A stretch of 64,000 nt of DNA from Eledone cirrhosa (Eukaryota), in assembly GCA_964016885.1 (NCBI GenBank), contig OZ024748.1, positions 44,206,001-44,270,000 on the forward strand, written 5' to 3'. The notes beneath the pieces were generated by a model that saw only the letters and a program-made list of their open reading frames with translations, made no database searches and was not told the DNA's origin. The translations under genes and the position numbers were made by a program. Of the stretch, positions 1 through 11,977 are shown in pieces (position 1 is the first letter of the stretch; the number at the start of each line of letters is the position of its first letter).

Positions 1-585
1 CTCGACCTCCGGATCTGCCAGCCACACCAATGTCGCTGCGGTTCCACCGTGGACTCTTTCGGCCTCCACTAGCTTTCCTGTCGCCACAGTGCCGGCCGCA
101 TTCCACGCCATGCTGCCCTCAACGAGGTCATTAAGCGTGGCTTGGACGCTGCAGGCTTCCCTTCCCAGCTCGAGCCGGTGGGGGCTGGATCGAGGGGACG
201 GCAAAAGGCCAGATGGCATAACCATCTTCCCGTTCCGCGGTGGCAAACCCCTCGTCTGGGATGCCACTTGCACAGACACTTTCTGCAGCCGCAACCTGGT
301 GCAGTCTGCGACTGACCCAGGTTCTGCTGCACATCGGGCTGAGGGGGCCAAACTCCTCAAATACCGGTCGCTCTCCGACAGGTTTGCGGTCGTACCCCTG
401 GCAGTGAAGACTTCTGGTGTCCTCGGCCCCAGGGCTACCTCCCTACTCACCACCATAGGCGCTGAGCTGGCCAGCCGCAGGTGTGATCCCTGCGAGTTGG
501 AGTGGCTCTTCCAGCGTGTCGCCCTTACCGTCCTCCGGGGAAACGCCTTCTCCATTCTGTCTGCCGGGGCTGTTGGTGGGCCCCA
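1..585 (+). mobile_element. 3' coding end of a CRE-clade-like non-LTR retrotransposon (CCHC zinc knuckle + restriction-like endonuclease), pseudogenised
   Basis: Frame 1 from base 1 reads [60 protein letters not shown], with an in-frame TAG at 70-72. A frameshift in the G-run at ~180 leads into [11 protein letters not shown]...WDATC...AE..K..KY...PLAVKTSG...FQRVALTVLRGNA, the typical CRE-type RLE C-terminus. GC-rich relative to its flanks. Confidence 0.8.
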
Positions 586-1014
586 TCGTATCGTTGTAGT
601 TGTAGAAGAAACGGGAGCTAAATTGTATAATGATATTAATATTAGTTTGCCAACAGTTAGTATCTATCCCCCTCTATTTGATGTTCCTTTATTTTTCTTT
701 ATTTTTCTTTACCCCCTCTGTTCCCTTTACTTTCCCCACACCTTCCCTCTTTTGTCGTTATTCCTCTTTTCTTTTTTATATATTTCTTTTACTCATTCAT
801 TTATCTATTCATGTATGTATTTATTTATTTTTTCTTGCCTTTCCTTTCCTTACACCCTCTCTCATATCTCTAATTTGCTCTACGCCCTTTTCTTCTTCTT
901 CTGTAAGTTTATCATATTATTTGTGGTATATAAACATTGAGATTTGATGAAATAAATCACTGCCAATACTGGAATTGTATAATCAAGACCGTAGCGGTAT
1001 GTCATATATTAAAT

Positions 1015-1095
1015 CATATATTTTATCTGATGAAGACGTACTGAAAAAAAAACAACAACACAGTACCTTTGAAATATATATAATAAAGCATATAT
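1015..1095 (+). ncRNA. Minimal type-I hammerhead ribozyme motif (family C cassette, ~915-1140)
   Basis: CTGATGA 1027-1033; stem II GTACTG/CAGTAC; GAAA 1071-1074; palindromic TATATA stem III; TTTAT/ATAAA stem I. Confidence 0.7.
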
Positions 1096-1139
1096 TTTGA
1101 TTATGTGAATATCTTTCATTTGTTAATATTTTGAATAAT

Positions 1140-1175
<36 letters not shown>

Positions 1176-1290
1176 TCGGGCTGGAAGATGCCAATCACAT
1201 ATGTGATTGGCATCTTCCAGCTCGATAAGTTGAGCACTCTACAGTTTTAGTAAATTAACCAACATACACCATATATCTCACATATATACT
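1176..1290. mobile_element. Short fold-back cassette in (TA)n
   Basis: Near-perfect hairpin TATCGGGCTGGAAGATGCCAATCACAT/ATGTGATTGGCATCTTCCAGCTCGATA, followed by TTGAGCAC; flanked by TA repeats. Confidence 0.55.
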
Positions 1291-1293
1291 ATA

Positions 1294-1552
<259 letters not shown>

Positions 1553-1903
1553 AATGAGTTATTTAATTTGTTGATTATAATAAAATAAATATGGTTTTAT
1601 AAAGATACCTTCCATAGAATCATTTGATAAAATATATACATTATTTCCAATCAGCATAATCAACCACACAAAAAAAAAACAATTAAACAAGGCTATAAGA
1701 TTAAAAGGCACCTATGAAGAAATAGATAAATAAACGACAGCTATCTATCCGCGATCAACAGCTATAGAATATTTACCCACCATTTCTAATAGCACGTGGA
1801 AATCGATTAAATATATCGTCAACCATACACAATTAGGTATAAAATCAAAGTTAGAAGAAAAAATGTATATAAACATACCAAAATTATATATATATATATA
1901 TAT

Positions 1904-2938
1904 ATGAAGTATTTCCGTAGGAAAGGTACAGGATACAGAAAAGAGAGTGCTCTATGTAGGCTACAGAGCTTATTAGTTATGTAATAAACAACATAAGATA
2001 ATTATTTCATTCTCTTAAGTGGTCTAAAATAGACCAATCAATAGAGTATGGAATGTTTTTGTCTTTAAACTCCCACACTTTTTATCTGCCAGCGCCGTTG
2101 CTGTTCTTTTTTCAGGATGTTTGAAAGAAGCGACATGTGCATAGTACCTGGTTTTAAATCTGTCCTGAGTCATGCTAACATATCGCTCACTTCTGGCTAG
2201 CTGGTTATTAATCATCGGTGTCAATTTGACCTCATACACAATGGATTTGGTATTACATTTGCCCTGTAATGGGCATTCTTCCGGCTTCCTGCAGCTGCAT
2301 TCTGGATTTACTCTAGTACGATTAGAATTTGTAATTTTAGTTTTCATTGATGGGCAGCAAGAGTAGCTGATTTTAACTACATTTCTATTGAATATCTTAT
2401 TATATCTATGATTAGGGGGAAAATGTTTGTCTAGAAGGTCGAGGAATTTTCTTCCTACGTTAGTTTTAACAGTTAGAGAGAAGGGAGGCGTAAACCAAAT
2501 CCTTTTTCTTTTCCTGTTATTGTGTTTAGTGTTAGAGAGAAGAGTAGGTAAATATTTAATTTGTTCGGCGAAGCCGCTGTTATTGAGGGTCTTATTATAA
2601 TAAGGAGCAGCTTTGTTAAAAATATCTATAGACGAAGATAAGGTAGAGATCCTACGGCTAATGTTAGGAATAAGATTTTTAAAGACTATAAGGGGGATGG
2701 CAAGACTCTTTGTGTATATATCTTACATTTTCATTAGGTTTATGATAAGGTTTAACAGAGGCATCCCCTATAGTCTTTAAAAATCTTAATCCTAACATTA
2801 GCCGTAGGATCTCTACCTTATCTTCGTCTATAGATATTTTTAACAAAGCTGCCCCTTATTATAATAAGGCCCTCAATAACAGCGGCTTCGCCGAACAAAT
2901 TAAATATTTACTTACTCCTCTTTCTAACACTAAGCACA
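1904..2938 (-). mobile_element. Naiad-type Penelope-like element fragment (RT thumb, linker, GIY-YIG) with an inverted partial duplicate
   Basis: Minus strand from ~2760 reads SVKPYHKPNENVRYIHKESCHPP...RRISTLSS...RKRIWFTPPFS..KTNVGRKFL...KIFNRNVVKISYSC...CSCRKPEECPLQGKC...IVY...FKTRYYAH...(frameshift)WEFKDKNIPYSIDWSIL. 2762-2938 is a plus-strand inverted copy of 2522-2698. 1904-2011 matches the family B 3' end. Confidence 0.85.
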
Positions 2939-3586
2939 CCACACTACCACCACCACCACCATCACTACCACCACACTACCACCACCACCACCACCATCAC
3001 CACCACCACACTACCACCACCACCACCACACCACTATAACCGCCACCACCACTATAACCACCACCACCACCACCACTAAAACCACCACCACCACCATAAC
3101 CATCAGCACCATAACCACCACACCACCACCACCACCACCACTATAACCACCACCATTATCTATAATTCTATTCCTAGTTTTATTGAATAGCCATTGGCGG
3201 TTATGCAGAGATACAAGATGATAAAAATTTTATCGTTACATAGAAAAGCGCACTTTAAGACCCCCCCCTCCACAGACACACACACACTTCCTGCTTTGTA
3301 TAGCTATCTAAACAGTCTTGGTGCGGTGGAGTGACATACTAGAATTAGCAGGTAAATTGACTTTTAAATTGTAACCCACTGTCTTAAAGAGAGAGACGTT
3401 GGATAATGTAGTCCTAGATACACAATGCCCGAGATAAGGACGGGTGCACCTATGTTTTTCCTTAAAAAGTGTTGTTTTCTATCTTTCTACTTCTTGTACT
3501 CTCCTGACGAAGGACTAAAGTCTGATACGTAGAACAGCCTTTTTTCTCTTTCATCCAAAGCGTGAACCTAATAACATTAATTTTTA

Positions 3587-3631
<45 letters not shown>

Positions 3632-3685
3632 TATGTGTGCGTGTGTGTGTGTGCGTGTGTGTGTGCGTGTGTGTGTGCGTGTGTG

Positions 3686-3883
3686 TATTCCGGATTCAAT
3701 CGGGGGTAACCACAGTACGTAAGGTACTCAATACATAGCAGAGTATAAATATTTAATATAGAAATGGTTTCTACAGGACTAGAACTGTTTCATTCGGAGG
3801 AAATCATCAGGAAAGTGCTTTCCTGATGATTTCCTCCGAATGAAACAGTTCTAGTCCTGTAGAGGCCATTTCTATATTAAATA
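3686..3883. mobile_element. Family A fold-back cassette with an HHR on both strands
   Basis: Inverted repeat centred on GAAAG-TG-CTTTC (3811-3822). CTGATGA 3823-3829 ... GAAACAG-TTCTAGTC-CTGTA; mirror TCATCAG 3804-3810. Confidence 0.8.
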
Positions 3884-3904
3884 TGTATATATATATACAT
3901 ATAT

Positions 3905-4400
3905 TTCCGGTTGGCCGGTTGGTTGGTTCGATGGCCGGATGCTTGTTAATATATTGCCAAAGCTCTTTCGTCACACATTCTGTGACCTCCTCAAGAGTAT
4001 TGTAATTTGCTTGAAGTATAAGAGCGTATGTAATTCGATAGCTGTGAAATACAAAAGGTGTGGTACGATTTAAGATAAAAGAAGGTAAAAGTTGTTCTAT
4101 TTTACCTGCTTTTTTTAAAATTTAAATACGACCTTAATTTTCGAGATCAAATTTCTTTATCAGTTGTCAAAAGCCTTAGGAAATAGAAAAATGATTTAGC
4201 TTGTAAGTGCCATCTTTTCTTTCGTAAGTATTGTTAATAAAAAGAAACACACGCACTATATTTTTATTGCTCGTTATTCATTCGTTTGTCAAAGTTCTTT
4301 CGTCACACATTGACCTCCTCAATGACTATCTGTTCTCTTCTGTACCTCCGCTCCTTTCTTTGTCATAAACTTCTACTTCATCCATCTTGTCTTTTGTTTT
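3905..4400 (-). mobile_element. Two degenerate family D HHR cassette fragments (~3905-4000 and ~4270-4400)
   Basis: Reverse complement TTGAGGAGGTCACAGAATGTGTGACGAAAGAGCTTTG; homologous to 47530-47570. Confidence 0.6.
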
Positions 4401-4494
4401 GTATATGTATATCTTTACACACACACACACACACACACACATTTACATGTGTATACATATAAATAAATGTACGTATATATTTGTGGTGAGCCAC

Positions 4495-4704
4495 CGATGT
4501 CAACAACATGAATGGACCTGTTATTTTTATCTAAAGACATTTTTTCCAATTTCAACCCGCCCATCCCCTCAATTTATCTTATTTATCTTTCTTCTGATGA
4601 AGGACTAGCGTCTGAAATGTTAAGACCCTCTTCCTGCAATTTCAAGCATTAATATATCCCTGCCATATACTGTACCGATTGTGTTGTTATTTCTGTTTAC
4701 CTTT

Positions 4705-4705
<1 letters not shown>
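4495..4705 (+). mobile_element. Family G PLE-LTR-like cassette with minimal HHR
   Basis: TCTT-CTGATGA(4594-4600)-AGGAC TAGC GTCT-GAAATGTT-AAGA; closely similar copies at 23350-23570 (+) and 49585-49770 (-). Confidence 0.75.
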
Positions 4706-4768
<63 letters not shown>

Positions 4769-4769
<1 letters not shown>

Positions 4770-4934
4770 GTTATTCCGGGTTGAATCGGAGGTAACCACA
4801 GTAAGTAAGGTACTCAATACATTGCAGAGTATAAAAGTTTTAATATAGATGAGATTCTACAGGACTAGAACTGTTTCATTCTTTAGAAATCATCATTCTA
4901 AAGAATGAAACAGTTATAGTCCTGTAGAATCTCA

Positions 4935-4940
<6 letters not shown>
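4769..4940. mobile_element. Family A fold-back cassette between two (TA)n tracts
   Basis: Arms TATAGATGAGATTCTACAGGACT...CTTTAGAA / TTCTAAAG...AATCTCATCTATA; the fold lies at the HHR core/stem II. Confidence 0.8.
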
Positions 4941-4974
<34 letters not shown>

Positions 4975-4978
<4 letters not shown>

Positions 4979-5395
4979 TAAAAGGAAAAGAAAATGGTGA
5001 TAAATTGTTCCCAGTGAAAAATAGTTTAATTAGGAATAAGTAAAAATTAGTAATAAGTATTGGTTAGTATTCAGTTTTAGTTTTAAGTTTTTACCGGTTG
5101 CGCATTTCTAATGCTTTTCAAAAATAATTTTGAGATAGAGCGCCCGTGATGTTTGCTCTAATCTGGTCAGTTTTGGAAATTCTACCTGTTTTATGTGAAA
5201 AAAGTGGCTCCAGAGGTATTAAAATAAGTTTCGCGCCAATTCGTGTTGCAAAAATTCTTGTGGTTAATACAATTTTGATTGGTCGGTAGAGGTCACGTGA
5301 ATGTTGAAAATTGATTTTGCGCCAAATGTAGGTTTGTCGAAGTATCTTTTTTCGCCTGATTGAGAAGTCACTGAAAAATAAGTCTTTTAAGACAA

Positions 5396-5443
<48 letters not shown>

Positions 5444-7660
5444 TAAAGAGGTTCATTGTTGTGATAATGGTCAGTAGGGATGTGTGTGTGAATTGCAGTC
5501 ATGTTGACAGGTCAACAGTTCAGGTGCCTATTAAGACAAATATGCGCGCGTGTGTGTGTGTGTGTGTGTGTGTGCGTGTGTGCGTGCGTAGCAGAGTAAT
5601 TCGTGCTAGAGGGATGGTCAGTAGGAATGTGTCTGTACGTGTGTGGGGGATATTTTAACATGTTGAAAGATATTTTTCAGCTCTTGTCTTATACGGAGAA
5701 GTGTGTGTGTGTGTGTGTATATGTCTCTTTGTATGTTAGTGTACACGTGTGTATGTGTGTGTGTATATGTGTGTGTGGGGGGGGGGGGGGGCAGTATTTT
5801 TGTGATACTGGTAAAAATGGTGTACATTATTCGATATTTTCAGCAAAAACGATTCTCTCAAGAGAACATCAAAAACATTAATAATAAAAGGTGTGAAATG
5901 ATATATAGTATTGTCATAACACCAAGGTGTGTGTGAGTGTCCAGATTGTACGTACTGCAAGGGGAATCCATTAGGCCCTGCCGTATTGGAATACTTGTGT
6001 ACAAATATGTATGTGCCCATCAGTGTGCAATGCATGTGTGCGTATATGTATGTGTGTGTGTGGGCACGTTTATATCTATAGACATCAAAAGGTATGCAAA
6101 TTTGTGTATATTTGTGTTGCACCATAGAACATGTGTGTTTACGTATGTCATTGTGTTTATATGTGGATAGAGATGTATGTAGGATGTATGCTGATGTAGG
6201 TATGTATGTTGACGTGTGTATGTTGTGGGTTCGTCTTAGGGAGAAGTGTTTAGACGGGGTGCGTATTTGTTAATAAAGTGAGATTCCTTGCTGATGCGCT
6301 GGGTGTGGGTGGCATTATCTTTAAATTTGTAGAGGGGAAAGATTCTGAAGTTGGGATGATTTTGGGCGGCACAGGTATCAATGTGTTCACTCAGTGGTAT
6401 TTTCCTGTATTAAAGTATTTTAATTTGGGATCTATGGACAGTCATGCGTTGGCGGAGGCTGTTTTTGGTCTGACCTATGTATTGTTCTCGACAACCTGAG
6501 CAAGTTAATACATATATTAGATTTTCTGATGCGCATGTGAAATTGTGTTTTACTATAAAACGTTGTCCTTCTTTGAAATAGAATTCCGAACCCTCTATTA
6601 GGTTGATGCATATGCCACAGTTGGGTCTATCGCATTTTTTTACTGTGGATTTTGTTGTTGTGGTTGGCAGTACTTTGGCATGTGTTAGGATGTTTTTCAT
6701 TGACTTAGATTGTCTTTTGCTCTTTATGATATCGTGTGTTCGAAGGATTGGGTTCATTCTATGGTCCTTTTTTAACACAGGGATGTTCTGGAGGATGGTG
6801 TAAAAGGCCTCAGTGTTGAGGGGTTGTGTGTGAAGATGTATGGAAGAGCTTTTAGTTTCGGTTGATTTACTTTAGGGTGTTTAAGGTCCTGGGTACTGAG
6901 TTTTAGGGCACGCTGGATTCCATTGTCAATTAGTGATGCAGGGTAGTCCCTGCCTATGAGTGTGTCCTTTAGTTCTTGTAGCCGTAAGTAACAGGTGTTT
7001 TTATTGGAGACTATAGTACAGATTCTCTTGGCTAAGTTGTAGGGAATATTAATTTTAACGTGTCTAGGGTGGCAAGAGTTGAAAGGAAGATATTGCTTGG
7101 AGTCTGTGGGCTTGTAGTATATGTCTGTTTCTAATTTTTTGTTATGAATCTTAATGAGGATGTCGAGGTAGGGGAGTTGTTGATGGCTGTATTCCATCGT
7201 GAAGTTAATATTCGTGTTGAGCCCATTTATAAGGGTGTGAAATTCTTTAAGGTTCTCGATGTTTTCGTGCCAAAGGATGAAGTAGTCATCTAGATATCGC
7301 TTCCAGTTCCTTTCTATGTGTAAGTGGAGAGTGTTTCCAAATTTGTTTAGTACTTTAGTGTAGAGGGTGATTTCCAGGTATCCCATGACGAGGTTGGCAT
7401 AAGTGGGGGCTGTTTTCGTTCCCATAGCGGTCCCAGATTTCTGCATGTAGAGTTTGTTATTGAAAACGAAGTAATTGTTCTCCAAGATAAATTTGAGTCC
7501 CTCTATCACGAATTCTTTTTTGATGCGTTGTGGGAGTTCATTGTGGTAATTATCCAGCCAGAATTGGATAGCTTCTATTCCTAGGTTGTGGGGGATGTTG
7601 GAGTGTAGGTTGATTACATCGAACGTCACTAGTAGGGTTTGTTCAGAAAGGGGCATATTG
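4975..7660 (-). mobile_element. 5'-truncated Neptune-type Penelope-like retroelement
   Basis: RT plus GIY-YIG coding region 7656-6236, ~1.2 kb 3' region with an HHR-like motif at 5085-5128, ending at (TA)n 4938-4974. Confidence 0.85.
6236..7656 (-). pseudogene. PLE reverse transcriptase + Zn-finger linker + GIY-YIG endonuclease (one frameshift, one premature stop)
   Basis: RT motifs LVTFDVINLHSNIPH, QKSGTAMGTKTAPTYANL, WKRYLDD, LPYLD, YYKPTD...SCHP. Frameshift at ~6800. Then CDRPNCGIC, NLIYVLTCSGCREQYIGQT..LRQRMTVH. After the in-frame TAA at 6410-6412 the frame continues YRKIPLSEH...RISKESHFINKYAPRLNTSP* (stop 6236-6238). Confidence 0.92.
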
Positions 7661-7848
7661 ACCGGGTTCAGTATGAATCCGGTGATATCATCAGGTATTC
7701 AAAATATCACAAAGGAATATAACAGATAAAATCCATGGGGCTGAAAATCAGAGACAAGAGGACGACCGACTATTTAGCAGCTTCTACCTCAGTCGGCCGG
7801 CCTCGAGTGTTGATTATGACCAGTTCTATCCGGTGGTGAACCAACAAA

Positions 7849-7892
<44 letters not shown>

Positions 7893-7893
<1 letters not shown>

Positions 7894-8309
7894 TATTCCG
7901 GATTCAATCGGAAGTAACCACAGCAAGCAAGGTACTCAATACATAGCAGAGTATAAAAGTTTTAATATAGAAGAGCTTCTACAGGACTAGAACTGTTTCA
8001 TTCGTGAGAAATCATCAGAAAGCTGGCTGTCCAAAAGTGATAAACAAGGATTGGTATTCCAATTTTGAACTTGTTTACAGTATTCTTTCTGCCTTTGTTA
8101 ATATTATAGCTTTAAAGAATTAGCTTTTAATGAATCCCCTTTGTTTAAATCCTTCAACCAATGACCTACACCCATCCCAATCCCCACCCTCTCCTACCAC
8201 CAGATAAGGAAAGACATAAATACTACCATTTACTTGGACAGCCAGCTTCGTGATAATTTCTCACGAATGAAACAGTTCTAGTCCTGTAGAAGCTCTTCTA
8301 TATTAAAAC

Positions 8310-8311
<2 letters not shown>
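7893..8311. mobile_element. Family A fold-back cassette with ~200-bp spacer
   Basis: Arms ~7958-8036 and ~8233-8311; TCATCAG 8012-8018; flanked by (TA)n. Confidence 0.8.
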
Positions 8312-8350
<39 letters not shown>

Positions 8351-8650
8351 ACACACACACACATGATATGTGTTGGTTATTCACGAGTCTCCTGCTAATT
8401 ACGGTAATGGGGTCACAGTCGCCGCAGATTATTATTACACAGAAACTACGTAATTTGACGACTGCAGCCTGATGACATTAGTCATCCCTATACCAGTAAC
8501 TGTTGCAGGTCGGTGGTTGTTTTACCGGGATGTGAGGACATAGAAGAAGGACATGCGTGGTTTAACTTTTCCTTGAGAGTTCTGGAGGAGTTTTGACGGC
8601 GATGAATTTGTTATGCAAGGTTTTTGATATGAAATCGTGTGTTGAAACAA

Positions 8651-11600
8651 ATATTGTTATATTTGGGGAGGGTCATATTGTTATAATATTGCCAGAAATA
8701 TACAGTAAAACACATTCACTGTTTGGTTTGGGTTGGTTTTCAATTCAGTATATTTTATATTATATATGTATGTATATATATTGTTATATTTGGGGAGGTA
8801 CATGTTGTTATAATATTGCCAGAAATATACAGTAAAACACACTCACTGTTTGGTTTGGGTTGGTTTTCAATTTAGTATATTTTATATTATATATGTATAT
8901 ATATTGTTATATTTGGGGAGGGTCATATTGTTATAATATTGCCAGAAATATACAGTAAAACACACTCACTGTTTGGTTTGGGTTGGTTTTCAATTCAGTA
9001 TATTTTATATTATATATGTATGTATATATATTGTTATATTTGGGGAGGTACATGTTATAATATTGCCAGAAATATACAGTAAAACACATTCACTGTTTGG
9101 TTTGGGTTGGTTTTCAATTCAGTATATTTTATATTATATATGTATGTATATATATTGTTATATTTGGGGAGGTTCATGTTGTTATAATATTGCCAGAAAT
9201 ATACAGTAAAACACACTCACTGTTTGGTTTGGGTTGGTTTTCAATTCAGTATATTTTATATTATATATGTATGTATATTAGGCATATGAGCATGCCATTT
9301 TCAGATGACCTTTTACTAGAAAATACTTGTGAGCATGTTAAAAAATATTAGAATTTACAAAAACTCTTGCACAAGGTAGATTCTTTAACATTGATTAACT
9401 AATATAGAATTGCATATACAATATACGTGTGTATGTAATAAATATATAGTGTGCAATTTAACAGTTTATAAAATATAGTATTCTTCAAATTGTTTAATGG
9501 ATCAACTTTATTGCTTGTTCATCACTTATTTGTCAGTTTAATCTGTTCATAAAATTCATAAAATACATAAATAGAATAAATTAAAATTTGCGAGGTATAT
9601 TTATTAATATATTTTAATATTTATAATTATATTATATTAATATTATAAATTTCAGATGTATAAAAATCCAGTTGCTAAAGAGTAAAGTAAAAATATTTGT
9701 CATTTTGAGAAGAGAAAGAAATCTAGGAAAACGAATCGAATTATGTAAGCTACCTACTGAGCAACAGATACTTGATAGATATATCACTCTTGCTGCTGAA
9801 GAGAAAAATACCAAAAAAAGAATTAAAATAATTACTGGAGAATGTTAAAGTTTATGGGAAAAGTTCAGCTTTCCAACTATCAACAAACTTTCAATACCTC
9901 GAAAAATTGAAAAAATAATTTTAAAAAAAGGAAAAAGAAGTGAAAAGACCTGGCTCTGCGAATTTCAATAATCTGTTTGACATTACAAAAAGATATGGGA
10001 TATGGTTAGCAGCCGAAGATTTGTCATTTTATGAAAAGCAAGTTGAGAGTTGTGGAAAGGTTGGGTACACTACAATGAAAATAGACAGTGAAAAGAAAAT
10101 CCATCCTTCTAAGAGAATTAAAAACAAAAAACAAGAACAAGATCATGATAAGCCATCCTGCTCATACATTCATCTGGACTCAAATGAAAGTTACAGTGAC
10201 ACCGATACAAATACCAGCGATTACAAACCTTCACCAGAAAAAGAGAAAACAGCTCATGCTGTTAACCTAGTAAGAAATACTTAATTACCTAGTAGAAAAG
10301 CAGCAGCAGTTTGCAACGAATTTAAAAGTGGTGGTATTAAGGTGAGCACCCCGAGTCAGTCGGCAGTGCACAAAGCAGTTATCAGAGAAGGTGAGAAACT
10401 CATGAAAAAGTGGAAAAATGAACTCAAAAGGGAAAAATGGAGCCTTCATTTTGATGGAAAACGAATGAGAGACGTAGAATATCAAGTTGGAGTGATAAAA
10501 AAAATGACGAGAAAGAAATACGCCTGAGGCCGATGTCATTAACCGATAGAAAGGCTCTTACTATATTTAATGGATTGAAAGAAGTTATTGACAAATATGA
10601 ACTGTGGGAATACCGGCAAAAAGGCAGGAGTTGTTGCCATGCTCAACAGTGAGTTCGCGCATCGCAGTTACAGCAAGCCATTATATACTGGATGCCAGCA
10701 CCACATTTTAGACCGTGCATTGAAAGTTTATTTTGATCAACTATATAGTAGTAAAACAACTTCGCCATATATCAATTATTACTTTGTTGAGGCCATTTTA
10801 AAGAACTATGACGAACTGAAGCAGAACTTTTCAAATGGAACGACGGAAATTAATGAAACCCCGACGCGCTGGAGAAGTGACATGGATTTCCTTCAGCATC
10901 TCATGATAGCCGTGCAACATTTCTAAAATAAATTTTAAGAAATTACCTAATTTGCACAATGCTCGTTGGAATAGCCGAGCAATTTATTTGTTGCTTGGGT
11001 TTATTTTGATGCCTGATGAACGAGCGAAGCTGCGCGCTGGTGCCGAATACATCTGCGGAATGTGGGGAAAAATGTGGTTCTCAAGTCAACTGTATAGAGC
11101 TGACAGCAAGCAGAAACTCATTGACCAACTAATTAAGGCCAAGTGTGAAAAGGCTGCAAACACCGTCAGAAAATGTTGGTCTAATGAAGAATCTCCAATT
11201 GTGACGCAGCGCTGAGCGAGCTGTAAAAGTTGTGCAGGACCTTTTGCCATTTAGTAAAAGTAGTAGAACCTTAGAGATTAAATTTTGTTTAACTAATAAT
11301 TAAAATAAATTTTTTATTGTCATAATTTATTGTTTTAGGTATTTATTTTATGGGACTGGCTAATTACCAAAACATTAAAAATATAATTTAGTATGTGCAA
11401 GAATTTTTTTCAAAATTTACAAAAAACTACTGTAATTCTTTCTTTATGACAAAAACCTCATTAGAAAATAGCATGCTCATATGGGGTTGTAAAAAAGTCA
11501 TATGCCTAATGTATATATATATCGTAATATTTGGGGAGGGTCATGTTGTTATAATATTGCCAGAAATATACAGTAAAACACACTCACTGTTTGGTTTGGG

Positions 11601-11750
11601 TTGGTTTTCAATTCAGTATATTTTATATTATATATATGTATGTATATATATTGTTATATTTGGGGAGAGTCATATTGTTATAATATTGCCAGAAAAATAC
11701 AGTAAAACACACTCACTGTTTGGTTTGGGTTGGTTTTCGCTTCAGTTTAT
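8651..11750. repeat. Tandem array of 123-127 bp units (5 units left, 2 right of the hAT insertion)
   Basis: Unit starts ATATTGTTATATTTGGGGAG at 8651, 8778, 8901, 9028, 9152, ~11519 and 11648; similar to the antisense 3' end of family D cassettes. Confidence 0.9.
9279..11508 (+). mobile_element. hAT-superfamily (hATm-like) DNA transposon with decayed transposase
   Basis: TIRs TAGGCATATGA / TCATATGCCTA; 8-bp TSD ATGTATAT at 9271-9278 and 11509-11516. Transposase fragments ~9650-11303: KLPTEQQIL, WSLHFDGK, NTGKKAGV, GCQHHILD, HNARWNSRAIY, ERAVKVVQD, broken by stops and frameshifts. Confidence 0.88.
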
Positions 11751-11797
11751 TTTATATCTCTATAATTAATTCAGCGGGCAAACAGTTAAAATATACA

Positions 11798-11977
11798 CCG
11801 TATATGCTGGCGTTCAAGTCAACATTTGGAGCTTAAAAATATATCTCCAAAACCAGGGGTCGACATGTCCGCCGAATATGAAATGTGAAAGTATGCGTGC
11901 TGCTTCACCTGAACTAGACCTCAGAATTTTACAGGTCGACCTAGGCGCCGGATCGACTTGTACGCCGGCATATACGG
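11798..11977. mobile_element. Tc1/mariner (Tc2/pogo-like) MITE, 180 bp
   Basis: TIRs CCGTATATGCTGGCGTTCAAGTC / GACTTGTACGCCGGCATATACGG, with TA on the right flank. Confidence 0.75.

Noticed and set aside
586-940. Hydrophobic C-terminal half of ORF 89..940 as a membrane protein
   Set aside because: Read-through into T-rich non-coding sequence after the RLE domain.
3504-3532. CTGACGA-AGGAC..GTCT-GATAC HHR (relative at ~48116)
   Set aside because: Probably a decayed PLE-LTR hammerhead, but the core is mutated, so it is not listed as an intact motif.
7661-7850. Possible CR1 3' remnant (GDII-QVFKI, TRG) beside the Neptune 5' end
   Set aside because: Needs frameshifts and is too degenerate to support by eye.
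8651-9278. Regular repeats (also 43515-43890, 52190-52810, 33750-33865) resembling CRISPR arrays
   Set aside because: No unique spacers, no cas genes, eukaryotic context; these are ordinary tandem repeats.
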